From NCBI GenBank assembly GCA_963833125.1, contig CAWHWX010000016.1:96001-160000 (forward strand): 64,000 bases of DNA, read 5' to 3'. This document shows, in pieces, positions 50,053 through 60,969 of the stretch; within the stretch, counting starts at the first letter, position 1; every line of letters begins with the position of its first letter. The notes beneath the pieces are model-generated. The model was given only the letters and a program-made list of their open reading frames with translations, was not told the origin of the DNA and did no database searches. Source of the DNA: Candidatus Bathyarchaeota archaeon (GTDB lineage: Archaea > Thermoproteota > Bathyarchaeia > 40CM-2-53-6). The translations under genes were made by a program, and so were the position numbers.

Positions 50053-51554
50053 AACAAATGGTATACTCTCAAGCCCGATGGGACGAACCGCCGATCAAGT
50101 CACTTTCCGGGCACGGGAAAATCGGTTTCCACAAACAAGCGTCAGACCCATCTCCCGCACTGACCACCATTCCTAGAAAACTGAGGCGTTCGGCTCCGCC
50201 ACCTCTTCCCGAACTTTCGGAAATTGAGGTAATTCGTCACTACACCCGTCTCTCACAAGAGAATTTCGGGGTCGACCTTGGTCTGTATCCGCTCGGGAGC
50301 TGTACGATGAAGTATAATCCGAAAGTCTGTGACCTTCTCGCTGCCTCACATAAGATGCAGGAACTTCATCCGTACCAGGATCAGAAAACTGTGCAGGGCA
50401 TTCTTCAACTACTTTACGAAGCCGCAGATTCTCTCGCTAAAATCGTGGGCGTTCAGAAAATGACTCTGCAACCCGCAGCTGGCGCTCACGGGGAGTACAC
50501 AGGTCTCATGCTGATGAGAGCCTATCATCGAGATATGAAAGATCTGAAGCGTGACGAGATAATTGTTCCAGATTCGGCGCACGGAACTAACCCCGCAAGC
50601 GCAGCTATGGCGGGTTACAAGGTTATCGAAGTGCCTTCCAACTCACGCGGCTGTGTGGACACTGAGGCATTGAAAGGTGCAGTCGGGCCCAAAACTGCGG
50701 GCCTAATGATAACAAACCCCAACACGCTTGGCATTTTTGAACGTGAAATTCTGGAAGTGACTCGCATCGTCCGCGAGGCAGGGGGATTGCTGTACTATGA
50801 TGGTGCTAACCTTAACGCCATTATGGGTAAAGCGAAGCCGGGGGACATGGGTTTCGACATAGTCCACCTTAACCTTCACAAGACATTCGCTACTCCTCAT
50901 GGAGGAGGGGGCCCAGGTGCCGGGCCAATCGGTGTGATGAGCAGACTCGCAGACTACCTGCCAATCCCGATGGTCGAATTTGACGGCTCGAAGTACTTTC
51001 TAGATTACAACAGGCCGAAGAGCATAGGAAGGGTGAGGGCATTTTATGGGAGCGCCGCAGTAGTGCTTCGTGCTTATGCTTACATCCTCTTGCATGGCAA
51101 GGAAGGGTTAGTCACGGCCTCTGAGGTGGCTGTTCTAAACGCTAACTACCTGTCGCAGAAACTCCGACGGGTCAAAGGTTTCTCTCTGCCGTATGCAGAG
51201 GGCGTCCCTAGGAAACATGAGTTCGTGTTGTCAGCTTCGAGGCTAGCGAAGGAGACAGGGGTTACCGCATTACAGGTTGGGAAGAGACTCCTCGACTTCG
51301 GTATTCACCCTCCCACCGTCTATTTCCCGCTCATCGTAGAAGAGGCGATGATGGCGGAACCCACCGAAACCGTGAGCAAACTAGAACTTGACGCGATGGT
51401 GACGCTGTTCGAAAAGATAAGCAACGAAGCCTACTCAAACTCTGACCAGCCGAAGACGAGCCCGCATGCAACCAGCGTCACGAGAATCGACGAGGCCAAA
51501 GCGAATCGGCCAAAGACGATGGAGTTAACGTGGGCGCCGCACCCAAGAGAATAG
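50049..51554 (+). CDS. gcvPB: Glycine dehydrogenase subunit 2
   Basis: PLGSCTMKYNP, AHGTNPASA, PLP lysine in HLNLHKTFATPHGGGGPG. Confidence 0.95.
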   Translation: MKQMVYSQARWDEPPIKSLSGHGKIGFHKQASDPSPALTTIPRKLRRSAPPPLPELSEIEVIRHYTRLSQENFGVDLGLYPLGSCTMKYNPKVCDLLAASHKMQELHPYQDQKTVQGILQLLYEAADSLAKIVGVQKMTLQPAAGAHGEYTGLMLMRAYHRDMKDLKRDEIIVPDSAHGTNPASAAMAGYKVIEVPSNSRGCVDTEALKGAVGPKTAGLMITNPNTLGIFEREILEVTRIVREAGGLLYYDGANLNAIMGKAKPGDMGFDIVHLNLHKTFATPHGGGGPGAGPIGVMSRLADYLPIPMVEFDGSKYFLDYNRPKSIGRVRAFYGSAAVVLRAYAYILLHGKEGLVTASEVAVLNANYLSQKLRRVKGFSLPYAEGVPRKHEFVLSASRLAKETGVTALQVGKRLLDFGIHPPTVYFPLIVEEAMMAEPTETVSKLELDAMVTLFEKISNEAYSNSDQPKTSPHATSVTRIDEAKANRPKTMELTWAPHPRE

Positions 51555-51589
51555 TCAGCAGCTTAGACCTAGGCAGGTTGGAATTGAGT

Positions 51590-51877
51590 TTGAAGATAAA
51601 TGTGCGACTTTTCGCCGCCGTCAGAGAGCTGGTCGGGGCGCATGAAGAGACGCTTGAACTTCCCGAAGGTGGCACAGTGGAGAATCTGCTAGATCTACTG
51701 GTCCAAAGGCATGGCAAACCTTTCAGAGACTACATTTACAACGAGAAAAACGGTGAATTGCGTCGGTCCATTCAGATTCTCGTGGGGGACAAGCCAACCT
51801 CGGCACTTAACGGACTATCCACGGTGTTAACTGATGGGTGCATCTTGGCGATAATTCCACCAGTTGGAGGAGGATAG
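51590..51877 (+). CDS. MoaD/ThiS/SAMP ubiquitin-like protein
   Basis: VRLFAAVRE...IIPPVGGG C-terminal di-glycine. Confidence 0.9.
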   Translation: MKINVRLFAAVRELVGAHEETLELPEGGTVENLLDLLVQRHGKPFRDYIYNEKNGELRRSIQILVGDKPTSALNGLSTVLTDGCILAIIPPVGGG

Positions 51878-52263
51878 TCAAGATAATTCGCGCAAATAGT
51901 CACTCGTATTACAATTAGCCAGACAGCGTTCAGTGTATTTTTGCTGTTTCTTCGAAAGATAACGCAGCGAATAGCCCGAAAAAGTGTTCTGTCTTCTCTT
52001 TCCTCAGGCTGTGAAGCTGCAATCACACGCCTTCTCGCAAATATGTCTCGATGACTTCGCAGTTCAGATTCGAACTAGAGCCACGAAGGTGCGAATTTGG
52101 AATCTAACAGCCCCACAGCAAATCGCCTCAGTAGAGGAATTCAACAATTTGAACTTCGGCCACGAAGGAAATTGCATCTTGAAATGTGGGAGATGGAGCC
52201 TGAGGCTGGGGAAGATGAAAGAGTAGATGTCGACTTAGGTCTTGACCAGGTTGAGGATATGGA

Positions 52264-52892
52264 TTAGCGGAATTTGTAGCTGAGTTTTCGCATCTTGTTC
52301 CTGATAGAAGTAGCACGTCCTTCTGCTCTAACTTTTCCGGACCTTATCCCGTCAAGTATGTCCTTTACCTCTCTGGACTTTGCATCGACTATGGTGTAAG
52401 CGTCTCCGATCGTTTGAGGAATGTGGGAATCACTGCTTCCCACCTGGGGAACTTTGAATTTGACGGAGTCTCTTGCGCAAGCCAGTTTGAAACATAGAAT
52501 GAGAGGGCATCGGCGTTCACGGTTTCAACCGCGTCCGGCCTGGTCTTCAAACGAGAGATTTTGACACACTTACTGACTGGGTCATATGGGTGAGGGACTA
52601 TGGCCACGCCGTCCTGATCATGTATCCTTTGAATTGTATCATCAGCTGATAGCCCAGGTTGTATCATTTCCCTTATGCCCAAGGCAATAATGTGCCCATC
52701 TCTCGAACTGATTTCCACTCCTGGTAAAATTATGGCATTGTCAAACTTGACCGGATCAAAGACGTTATGTTCCGTCACCGCCACGCCGTCTAGCCCTTTA
52801 CTCTTGATGATCGCAGGCAAGTCCTCGCGTTTTGTGTGGGCGTCGGAGGATCTAACTGTGTGAACGTGCAGGTCCAGTTTTAGTAAAGGCAT
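52264..52892 (-). CDS. PHP-domain phosphoesterase (frameshift near 52470)
   Basis: DLHVHT..SD, VTEHN, PGVEIS, PHPY, GSSDSH in the shifted frame. Confidence 0.88.
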
Positions 52893-52904
52893 CGAAGAGC
52901 CTCA

Positions 52905-54545
52905 TTATGATTTAGAAGTGCTGATCTTATGGAATAAGGGGACGGGTTTGCCAATCTTATGCCCTGCTTCAACCTGAAGTTTGCCTGCATCCCACCAATT
53001 GTCCTTGACGTTCGTATCTAGGTTGAGCTGTTCGCGGATTCCTTTGGCAGTTTCTGGTAAGAACGGTGAAATTAGAGTCGCGATGCTGCCGACTAGTTGA
53101 GTTGCAAAGTAGAGTGTGGTCGCTGTCTTGATAGGGTCTGTTTTGATGAGGTGCCATGGCTCTCGTTCGCTTAGGTACTGGTTCCCAGCCCTTGCCAATT
53201 CTATTATTTGAGCTAGGCCTCCTCTTAACTGAAAATCATCGAGAAGAGATGCGATCTTCGATGGGGCTTCTTCAATCTTCTTCTTAATCGCCTCATCTTT
53301 CTCGTCGAGGGTATCAGGTTTGGGGACTACACCCTCGAATTGGTTATTCACAAATGTGAGCGTGCGGTGAACGAAATTTCCGAGTACATCATTCAGCTCG
53401 GAGTTAACGTGTGTTTCAAAGTCACGCCAGGTAAAATTAGCATCTCGGGCTTCCGGCCTTATTGCGATGAGTACATACCGCCAGTACTCGGCGGGCGCTA
53501 CCTTCAGCGCTTCGTCCATCCACACACCTATTTTGTTGCTTTTTGAGAATTTCTTGCCGTCAAATAGTATGAATTCGGTCGACGACACCTGCCAGGGCAG
53601 AACGTAAAGTTCGTGCGTTGCGAGTAGAAGCGCGGGGAAGATTATCACGTGGAACGGAATGTTATCCTTTCCAATGAAATGCACATTCCTCGTTCCTTGC
53701 GAGAACCAGTAATCCTTCCAAGCTTCCGGTTTACCAGATTTCTCCGCCCACTCTATAGAGGCAGACACGTAACCAAGCACGGCTTCTAACCAAACATAGA
53801 TTGTTTTTCCTTCAGCACCGGGGAAGGGGGCTGGGATCCCCCACTTATTATCACGTGTCAATGCACGGGGTTTCAATCCTTCCTCGAGCCATCTCAACGA
53901 AAAGTTTCGTGCGTTCTCTGGTAACTGTTTGTTCTCTTTGACGGCGGTGTATAGCTTGTCCCGGAACTTTGGTAGGTCGAAAAACCAGTGGGTTGACGAT
54001 TTTATCGTCGGCGTATTACCGCAGAACACACATCGCGGCTTTACCAGTTCAAGCGGGTCTAGAACTCGGCCACAAGAGTCGCATTGGTCTCCTCTCGCGT
54101 TTTCGTAGCCACAGTGTGGGCAAGTTCCCTCTACGAATCGGTCGGGGAGAAATCTTTGGTCGGTTTCGCAATAAGGTAGGTTGACATTTTGAGTGTAGAT
54201 GTATCCGTTCTCGTACACCTTCCTATACAATTCCTGAGTATAGCGAATGTGCACTGGATTTTCGGTTCGGGTATAGTTGTCTAATCGAATGTTGTATGCT
54301 TCTAGAAGTTGGAGGATCTGATTGTGTATTTGATCCGTCAATTGTTTCGGCGGAACACCCTTCCTGATTGCCTCAACCTCGATTGGTGTCCCATGCTCAT
54401 CCGAACCGGTGACGGCTATGACTTCGTCGCCTTTGAGGCGTAGGTATCTTGCGTACACGTCAGCGCTTAGCAGGTGAATGAATGTGCCTAGGTGGGGAAC
54501 GGAATTAACGTAGGGCCAAGCAGAATTGACTATCCATCGTGTCAA
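52905..54545 (-). CDS. metG: Methionyl-tRNA synthetase (short form without C-terminal tRNA-binding domain)
   Basis: PYVN..HLGT, DEHGTPI, Zn-knuckle CPHC..CDSC, YVWLEA, GKDNIPFH, KFSKS. Confidence 0.96.
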   Translation of the reverse strand: MTRWIVNSAWPYVNSVPHLGTFIHLLSADVYARYLRLKGDEVIAVTGSDEHGTPIEVEAIRKGVPPKQLTDQIHNQILQLLEAYNIRLDNYTRTENPVHIRYTQELYRKVYENGYIYTQNVNLPYCETDQRFLPDRFVEGTCPHCGYENARGDQCDSCGRVLDPLELVKPRCVFCGNTPTIKSSTHWFFDLPKFRDKLYTAVKENKQLPENARNFSLRWLEEGLKPRALTRDNKWGIPAPFPGAEGKTIYVWLEAVLGYVSASIEWAEKSGKPEAWKDYWFSQGTRNVHFIGKDNIPFHVIIFPALLLATHELYVLPWQVSSTEFILFDGKKFSKSNKIGVWMDEALKVAPAEYWRYVLIAIRPEARDANFTWRDFETHVNSELNDVLGNFVHRTLTFVNNQFEGVVPKPDTLDEKDEAIKKKIEEAPSKIASLLDDFQLRGGLAQIIELARAGNQYLSEREPWHLIKTDPIKTATTLYFATQLVGSIATLISPFLPETAKGIREQLNLDTNVKDNWWDAGKLQVEAGHKIGKPVPLFHKISTSKS

Positions 54546-54737
54546 TCGTTCTCGTCTCCATTCGGGGCAATTGCATGCCAAGGAAGGATGTTTGGTCCTC
54601 TACTGCCCGTCGGATTGTTGGCGGTTAGTTTCTGCCCCTCCAAATGCATTCCCAACATTTGCGCATATCCACATTAACGTTTTCATCAAGGGGAATCAAC
54701 AAATATGGCTCTTCATATGGTTCCCTAGGAATTAATC

Positions 54738-55148
54738 TTGAGCACGGATTATGCGAAACTCCTGGATAGAGCGTATTCGAATCTTCCGAAGGCGGTAGGT
54801 ACTGGGGAGAGGTTCGAGATTCCGAGGGTTGTCGGAATCAGGATGGGGCGACGGACCATCATCCAGAATTTTGGCGATATAAGCAGTAAGATTAACCGTG
54901 ACCCACATCACCTGCTAAAGTTTCTTTCTAGGGAGTTGGCTACTGCAGCGTCCTTGGATGGTGCCAGAGCTATCTTCCAGGGGAGGTTCGACGTGCAAAC
55001 TGTCACGAGGCTCCTCAACATTTATGCTAAGAGATTCGTAATCTGCCCAATTTGCAATAGGCCGGATACCAAGGTTGAGAAGGAGGGGCGTTTCCTATTC
55101 CTTCGTTGCGAGGCCTGTGGCGCTAGGTCTTCCATACTGCCCTTCTAG
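54738..55148 (+). CDS. eif2b: Translation initiation factor aIF-2 beta
   Basis: ERFEIP, TIIQNF, RELAT, CPIC.RPDT, CEACGA. Confidence 0.95.
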   Translation: MSTDYAKLLDRAYSNLPKAVGTGERFEIPRVVGIRMGRRTIIQNFGDISSKINRDPHHLLKFLSRELATAASLDGARAIFQGRFDVQTVTRLLNIYAKRFVICPICNRPDTKVEKEGRFLFLRCEACGARSSILPF

Positions 55149-55150
55149 GA

Positions 55151-55459
55151 GTGTCTCCTCTGACTGAGGTCTTCGTTAGGATCTTCAAAGACGCGAAGCA
55201 CACCTTGGTTGCGGCGTGTGATTCAGAACTTCTCGGCGAGACTTTCCGAGAAGGAAAACTGAAACTCGAAGTCAAACCAGATTTCTACGGAGGAAGCCGC
55301 ACAACTATCGGCGAAGCTCTAGCGGCCATAGATACTGCCGACATCGCGAACCTTGTCGGAGAAACCATTGTGCAAGCTGCAGTTCAGCAAAGCCTCGTTG
55401 ATCCAACCGCAATCCTCCATATCAGCGGCGTCCCGCATGTGCAGATCGTCAAAATGTGA
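55151..55459 (+). CDS. DUF424 family protein
   Basis: LVAACD.ELLG, FYGG, ANLVG, GVPHVQ. Confidence 0.88.
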   Translation: MSPLTEVFVRIFKDAKHTLVAACDSELLGETFREGKLKLEVKPDFYGGSRTTIGEALAAIDTADIANLVGETIVQAAVQQSLVDPTAILHISGVPHVQIVKM

Positions 55460-55573
55460 CGCAAGTTTCACGATTGAATGGGCGCTACTGAGCCAAAGTA
55501 AGGTTCCAGAACGCTCGATTAATATGCTTATTTAGTGTCCTGAGTTATTAGCAGAATAAAATCGGTGGAATGT

Positions 55574-55879
55574 GTGGGCAAGAAAAAGGTCCTGAGCGAA
55601 GGAGATCTCAGGGAAATGGTCATGCCTGGTGAGGGGCAGATGTTTGGTGTCGTAACTCAGATGCTAGGTTATGACCGACTAATGGTGAAATGTGCGGACG
55701 GTCACGAGAGAGTGTGCCGTATTAGGGGTAAAATGAAGCGTCGGGTGTGGATTAAGGTCGGAGATACCGTACTTGTGGCGCCTTGGGACTTCCAAGTAGA
55801 CACAAGGGGCGACATTCTCTGGCGATATACGGAAAGCCAGGCCAACTGGCTCCGCAACCAAGGGCGCATCCTCGCTTAG
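55574..55879 (+). CDS. eif1a: Translation initiation factor aIF-1A
   Basis: RVCRIRGKMKRRVWIKVGD.VLVAPWDFQ..RGDI.WRY. Confidence 0.96.
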   Translation: MGKKKVLSEGDLREMVMPGEGQMFGVVTQMLGYDRLMVKCADGHERVCRIRGKMKRRVWIKVGDTVLVAPWDFQVDTRGDILWRYTESQANWLRNQGRILA

Positions 55880-55896
55880 ATTCCCAGGTGTCTTAG

Positions 55897-56695
55897 ATGG
55901 AATCGTTGGCTGAGCGAAAGCTACGGAGAAAGGTCGTCCATTATGAAACAAAGCGGTTGATGAGGGATAAGCGCAGCGAGGAAATGGAATCCCTCGAACA
56001 AGTGTTCGACCGGTCCACGCTCATGATCGTCTACCGCCTAATGAATCCGCGGTTACATCAAAAACATCAATGGCGTAGTCCGCTCTGGAAAGGAGTCCCG
56101 GCTATACTGGGGTGTCGGCAGACGAAGAAAGCTAGTGGCGATCAAGATCTTCTTGACTACTTCAGCCGAATTCTTGAAAGGCAGAATGATGTACATCCAA
56201 GGGGATGAAAGGTTCAAGAGCACGAGAAGAGACACCCGTTCATTAGTCAACCTATGGGCGTTGAAGGAATTCCGGAACCTTCAGCAAGCGGCCCAAGTGG
56301 GTATACGCGTCCCAACCCCATTGAAAGTTGAAGGGAACGTACTGCTGATGGAATTCATTGGCAAAAACGGAGAGCCCGCACCATTGCTAAGAGAAAGCCC
56401 CTTAGATCATCCCGCTCGAGTGTACGACAAGATAGCCGAAGCCATCAAGACCCTTTACCAAAAAGCACACCTGGTTCACGGCGACCTGAGTGAGTACAAC
56501 ATAATGATTGTCGATCGTAGCCCAATAATCTTCGATTTCGCTCAGGCGGTAACGATTGAGCATCCTATGGCGCAAAGTTTTCTCGAAAGAGATCTGCTTC
56601 GAATGAACGGATATTTCTCAAAGATTGGCGTAATCGTACCTCCGATCGAACGGTTAACGAAATGGGTGACAGGCGAAGATGTCGACAAGAATTAG
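55897..56695 (+). CDS. rio1: RIO1 serine kinase (frameshift near 56050)
   Basis: VFDRST, SGKES, AIKIF, KEFRNL, LMEFIG, HGDLSEYN, DFAQAV. Confidence 0.93.
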
Positions 56696-57251
56696 CACGA
56701 CGATTCCGAGCGAGCGTATGGGCGTCCTAATTGGAAGAGACGGGTCGACAAAAGCAAGCATTGAGAACACCTTCAAGGTGAGGCTTCTCGTTCAAAGTGA
56801 AAGCGGCGTGGTCGAGATCGTTCCACGCGAAGACTCGGATGATCCAACAACCATTCTGCGGGCCCGAGATGTAGTCATCGCTATTGCGAGAGGCTTTTCA
56901 CCAGAACGCGCGCTTACGCTAGCCGACGACGACATCGTTCTGGACATTATCGATCTGCGGGAGACTTTCGGGAAAAATGACCGGGACATCTCGCGTCTGA
57001 AAGGGCGCGTCATAGGTCGCGAGGGAAAGATTCGCAGACTACTGGAGGAGATGACGGACGCGAAAGTATCGGTCTACGGACATACGATCTCTATGATCGG
57101 GGACTACGAGACGGTCACTGCTGCAAGAGAAGCAATAGAACTCCTACTGAAAGGCAAACAGCATTCCACCGTGTACAAATTGCTTAGAAAGATAAAGAGC
57201 GAAAGCAAAAAGAGAGAAACCCTTGAGCTGTGGCAAAAGCCACCCACTTAA
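56679..57251 (+). CDS. Dim2/Pno1 KH-domain rRNA-processing protein
   Basis: GVLIG..G, AIARGFSPE, KGRVIG..GK, G..H..VY. Confidence 0.93.
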   Translation: MSTRISTTIPSERMGVLIGRDGSTKASIENTFKVRLLVQSESGVVEIVPREDSDDPTTILRARDVVIAIARGFSPERALTLADDDIVLDIIDLRETFGKNDRDISRLKGRVIGREGKIRRLLEEMTDAKVSVYGHTISMIGDYETVTAAREAIELLLKGKQHSTVYKLLRKIKSESKKRETLELWQKPPT

Positions 57252-57308
57252 CATGCGTCACCCATCATCAGCTTTATTCTACACGTACGCAAAGGTAGTC
57301 GAACCCTA

Positions 57309-58859
57309 ATGGCGCTTCAAGAAGTATTCCAGGAAATCTCAGCGGCAGACTTCTTCTACAGAAACCGGGACATCGCAGGGTTCACAAACCCAACTCGAGC
57401 TATCTACTCAACTATCCGTGAACTAGTTGAGAACTCTCTTGATGCGTGCGAAACAAAGCAGATCCCGCCCGAAATATACCTGCGAATTTCACATGAATCA
57501 GGCGCTACCGATGGGCCTGGCATTTACCGCGTCCACATCGAAGACAATGGAATTGGCATACCACATGACATAATTCCATCCGCGTTCGGTCAGGTACTTT
57601 TCGGCTCAAAGTACAAACTTCGGCAGACCCGAGGCACTTTCGGCTTGGGCGGAAAGATGGCGATTCTCTACGGCCAAATCACAACTCACGGCGCGGCCAC
57701 AATCATGTCGAGCACCGGACCGACGAAGATCCATCAATACGACTTGATGATTGACATCCAAAAGAACAAACCCGTCGTTCTGAAACATAAGACGCATCCG
57801 AATGAAAATAGGTGGCATGGAGCCGTAATCGAATTCTCAACCGAGGCAGATTATACCCGTGCAATGTCAAAGATTCTAGATTACCTAATGGCGACGGCGA
57901 TCGTCGCCCCATACGCCACTTTGACTTACGTCGACCCAAGGGGGAGGCTGTACAGGTTCGATCGAGTTACAACTCAGATGCCGAAACCACCTGAAGAAAC
58001 CCTGCCCCATCCACACGGGGTTGACGTTGAAACAATGAATCGCCTAATCGAACTAACAACTCAACGAACGCTCGTAGGTTTCATGAGAACCCACTTCCAT
58101 AGGGTTGGGAGAACAATCGCCACCTCCTTCCTCCTACAAGTAAACTTACCGACGAGGAAGAATCCAAAAAAACTGGCACCCGAAGAAATAGTCACTCTAG
58201 TCAACGGGATGAAGAATTACAAGTTCTTGGCTCCTGACGCTAGCTGTCTTTCCCCCCTTGGCGAGGAATTGTTGGAAGCTGGAATCAGGAAGGAGCTGTC
58301 TCCTGAATTCGTAGCTGTGTACCAGCGGAAACCCTCCGCATACTCGGGTTTCCCATTCATCGTAGAAGTTGGGGTAGCTTATGGCGGACAGATTGAGGCC
58401 GGTGGAGGAATCAAACTCTTCAGATTCGCCAACAAGATTCCTCTGCTCTTTGATGAGGCGAGCGACGTTTCATGGAAGGTGGTCAACACGGAAGTCGATT
58501 GGAAGCATTACAAGGCTACTTCCGAGATGCCGATTGCGGTTTTCGTTCACATCTGTTCCACTAAAGTCCCATACAAGAGCGTTGGCAAGGAATTCATCGC
58601 GGACAGGCCTGATGTTGAGCGCGAGATACTAAACGCGTTGCGTGAGGTCGCTCGCCAGCTGTCATTATTCCTATCGAAGAAGATCAACATCGCCCACGAT
58701 AAGCATAGGCTTGACGTATTCCAAAAGTACCTGCCCAAGATTGCTTCGTTCTCTACCAAGCTTGCTGGAAAGAGCAAGCAACCCGATGTATCACCGTTAC
58801 TGAGGAGTGTGTTGAGATTTGAAAAGGAAGACAGCGAAGAAGACATCGAAGACGCCTAG
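57309..58859 (+). CDS. top6B: DNA topoisomerase VI subunit B
   Basis: RELVENSLDA, EDNGIG, RGTFGLG, RFANKIPL, STKVPY. Confidence 0.97.
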   Translation: MALQEVFQEISAADFFYRNRDIAGFTNPTRAIYSTIRELVENSLDACETKQIPPEIYLRISHESGATDGPGIYRVHIEDNGIGIPHDIIPSAFGQVLFGSKYKLRQTRGTFGLGGKMAILYGQITTHGAATIMSSTGPTKIHQYDLMIDIQKNKPVVLKHKTHPNENRWHGAVIEFSTEADYTRAMSKILDYLMATAIVAPYATLTYVDPRGRLYRFDRVTTQMPKPPEETLPHPHGVDVETMNRLIELTTQRTLVGFMRTHFHRVGRTIATSFLLQVNLPTRKNPKKLAPEEIVTLVNGMKNYKFLAPDASCLSPLGEELLEAGIRKELSPEFVAVYQRKPSAYSGFPFIVEVGVAYGGQIEAGGGIKLFRFANKIPLLFDEASDVSWKVVNTEVDWKHYKATSEMPIAVFVHICSTKVPYKSVGKEFIADRPDVEREILNALREVARQLSLFLSKKINIAHDKHRLDVFQKYLPKIASFSTKLAGKSKQPDVSPLLRSVLRFEKEDSEEDIEDA

Positions 58860-59928
58860 CCGAATCGAAGAGAAGAAGCGCGTAGTGCTGAATACACTAA
58901 AGGATCTTGGTGAACAAGTTTACGCGCAACTCTCAGAGAAGCAATGGCCCTCAATCCGCATGCCCAGCCGATCGATCAACAACATCCACTATGATCAACA
59001 GACTCGACAATACATTCTCGGCGATCACTACGTAAAACGTAGTGCACGCAACATCAGGCATGTCCGGCCATTAACCCAGCTTGTCTGGACTGGTTCGTTC
59101 GTCGACCAACTCACCAGCGAAGGAAAAACATCAACCCTTCGAGACGTTTTCTATTCGGCACAAGCGTATGAGATGAGCTTCACTGATCAGGCTGAAAGCG
59201 ACGACATAATCACTGATCTAGAAACCGTAATTGGCCACTCTAGGGAGGATTTCAACGTCTTCCCCGAGGAACGAAGCGCAATATTCGGCGACCTAACAAT
59301 CCGATATACCGTGCGAGGTTACGAGGGCAAGGAGCTCAACCTTGCGTCCCATCCCGACGGGATGATGATAGGCCCAGCCCTTACGAACGCGGAATTTGCT
59401 GATTGCAATGCTGATAAGATCATAGCCATCGAAAAAGGCGGTCTATTCACTCGTTTCATTGAAGAGAGGGTGCATGAGAAGTACAAAGCACTGCTAATTC
59501 ACACAGCGGGCCAAGCTCCGCGTGCAACTCGGTCGCTCATCAGGCGAATGAACAAAGAGCTGAAACTTCCTTGTTACATATTCTGTGACGCAGATCCTTG
59601 GGGAATGCACATTGCTAACGTAATAATCTCAGGCTCCGCGAATGCCGCGCACCTTCGAGATCTAAACACACCAGACGCGAAATGGTGCGGAGTTTGGGCC
59701 TCGGATATCGTCGATTACAAACTCCCAAGCGATCCATTAACTGATCTTGACATAAAACGCCTCTATGAGCTTGACAAAGATCCACGATACGATGGGAAGC
59801 TTTGGAAGAAGGAGATCCAGTCTTTCCTGAAATACAAACGCAAGGCAGAGCAGGAGGCCTTCAGCCGTTACGGCCTCGCCTACATAGTTGACAAGTATCT
59901 ACCCGCGAAATTGAAGGAGATGAGTTGA
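58819..59928 (+). CDS. top6A: DNA topoisomerase VI subunit A
   Basis: STLRDVFY catalytic Tyr, AIEK, TOPRIM DADPWG, KAEQEA. Confidence 0.97.
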   Translation: MKRKTAKKTSKTPSRIEEKKRVVLNTLKDLGEQVYAQLSEKQWPSIRMPSRSINNIHYDQQTRQYILGDHYVKRSARNIRHVRPLTQLVWTGSFVDQLTSEGKTSTLRDVFYSAQAYEMSFTDQAESDDIITDLETVIGHSREDFNVFPEERSAIFGDLTIRYTVRGYEGKELNLASHPDGMMIGPALTNAEFADCNADKIIAIEKGGLFTRFIEERVHEKYKALLIHTAGQAPRATRSLIRRMNKELKLPCYIFCDADPWGMHIANVIISGSANAAHLRDLNTPDAKWCGVWASDIVDYKLPSDPLTDLDIKRLYELDKDPRYDGKLWKKEIQSFLKYKRKAEQEAFSRYGLAYIVDKYLPAKLKEMS

Positions 59929-59936
59929 AAACTCAT

Positions 59937-60969
59937 CTAAGGCCGATCAGCGTTCGCTGAAACCAATTCACCTTCGTCGGAGATTGCATACCTCTCCCAG
60001 GCAGTGGAATGTTTCGCTCCAACCATCTTAAGAACCCGAAGCGAGAGCGCCATCCCTTGGTCCTCCTCATCCACTTTAAGCTCGATAACACCGTCTACGA
60101 TGTCCTGTGCGGAGGCAACGATGGCTGGGTGAAACGCTTTCCTATTCATGGTGACTAGGCAAAGACATTTCGCCTGTCGTGTCCTCGCCACGAGGACGCG
60201 CAAGAATTCGATCGCTGAATGGCCACCTCTCTTGCGTATCAAAGTGTTGAAGGAATCGACTACAATAAGGGAAACCTCACTACGCGACATCACATCTGAT
60301 ATTGCAATGCTAATGGCTGACAGGTTTTCTGGATCTACTGCATTCTGCTCTTCACTTTCCACACCGACCGTCTTAGAGTAGCAATCGACAAACACGAGGC
60401 TCGACCAGTCTACGTTTCCCTGGCTGGCATGTGTGTGAACGGTCTGGCGAATGTTGGGCGGGAAGTTATCCAAGGTAATGTATACTACGGTTTTTCCAGA
60501 TTCGATTTGGTGACCGACCAAGTGCGCCAAAAGATTTTCTGGCTCCAGCCCCTGGATCGCTGAGTAAGACGATAGTGCAAGTGGAAGGCAATCCGCCGGG
60601 AAGCAACTTGTCTATAATCTCCACGCCTGTATTGATCTTAGGAACCAGTTTTGCCTTGGTGCCGACCGATCCCTCGGGGGCAATTATTTCTCCTAGCGCG
60701 AGTTGCTTTGAAATGGCATCTTGTATTTCCTTATCGCGGTCCATTCCAAACGAATAAACTTCAACCTTCTTCAGAATTCCAAGTTCCACTAGATCCTCGA
60801 GTTCTCGCTGAACTTCAACGGGGTTCCGGCCGACCTTCTTTGCCAATCCCTCCGGCGTCTCAGATAGGTTCGCATTGTTATGGAAGAGCGTAAGAAGGTC
60901 TGCTTTCACATCAGTATCTAGCAAACGTTCGAAGAGTTTCATCGGGCGTTTTGCTATGGTCCGTTCCAC
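59937..60969 (-). CDS. Winged-helix + KaiC/RAD55-like ATPase fusion with degenerate Walker A (frameshift near 60540)
   Basis: N-terminal wHTH (TPEGLAKKVGR..VQRELEDLVELGIL), TG...DKLL.GG.P, SDPGAG, VVDSF, DGVIEL, LRVLKM. Confidence 0.82.
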
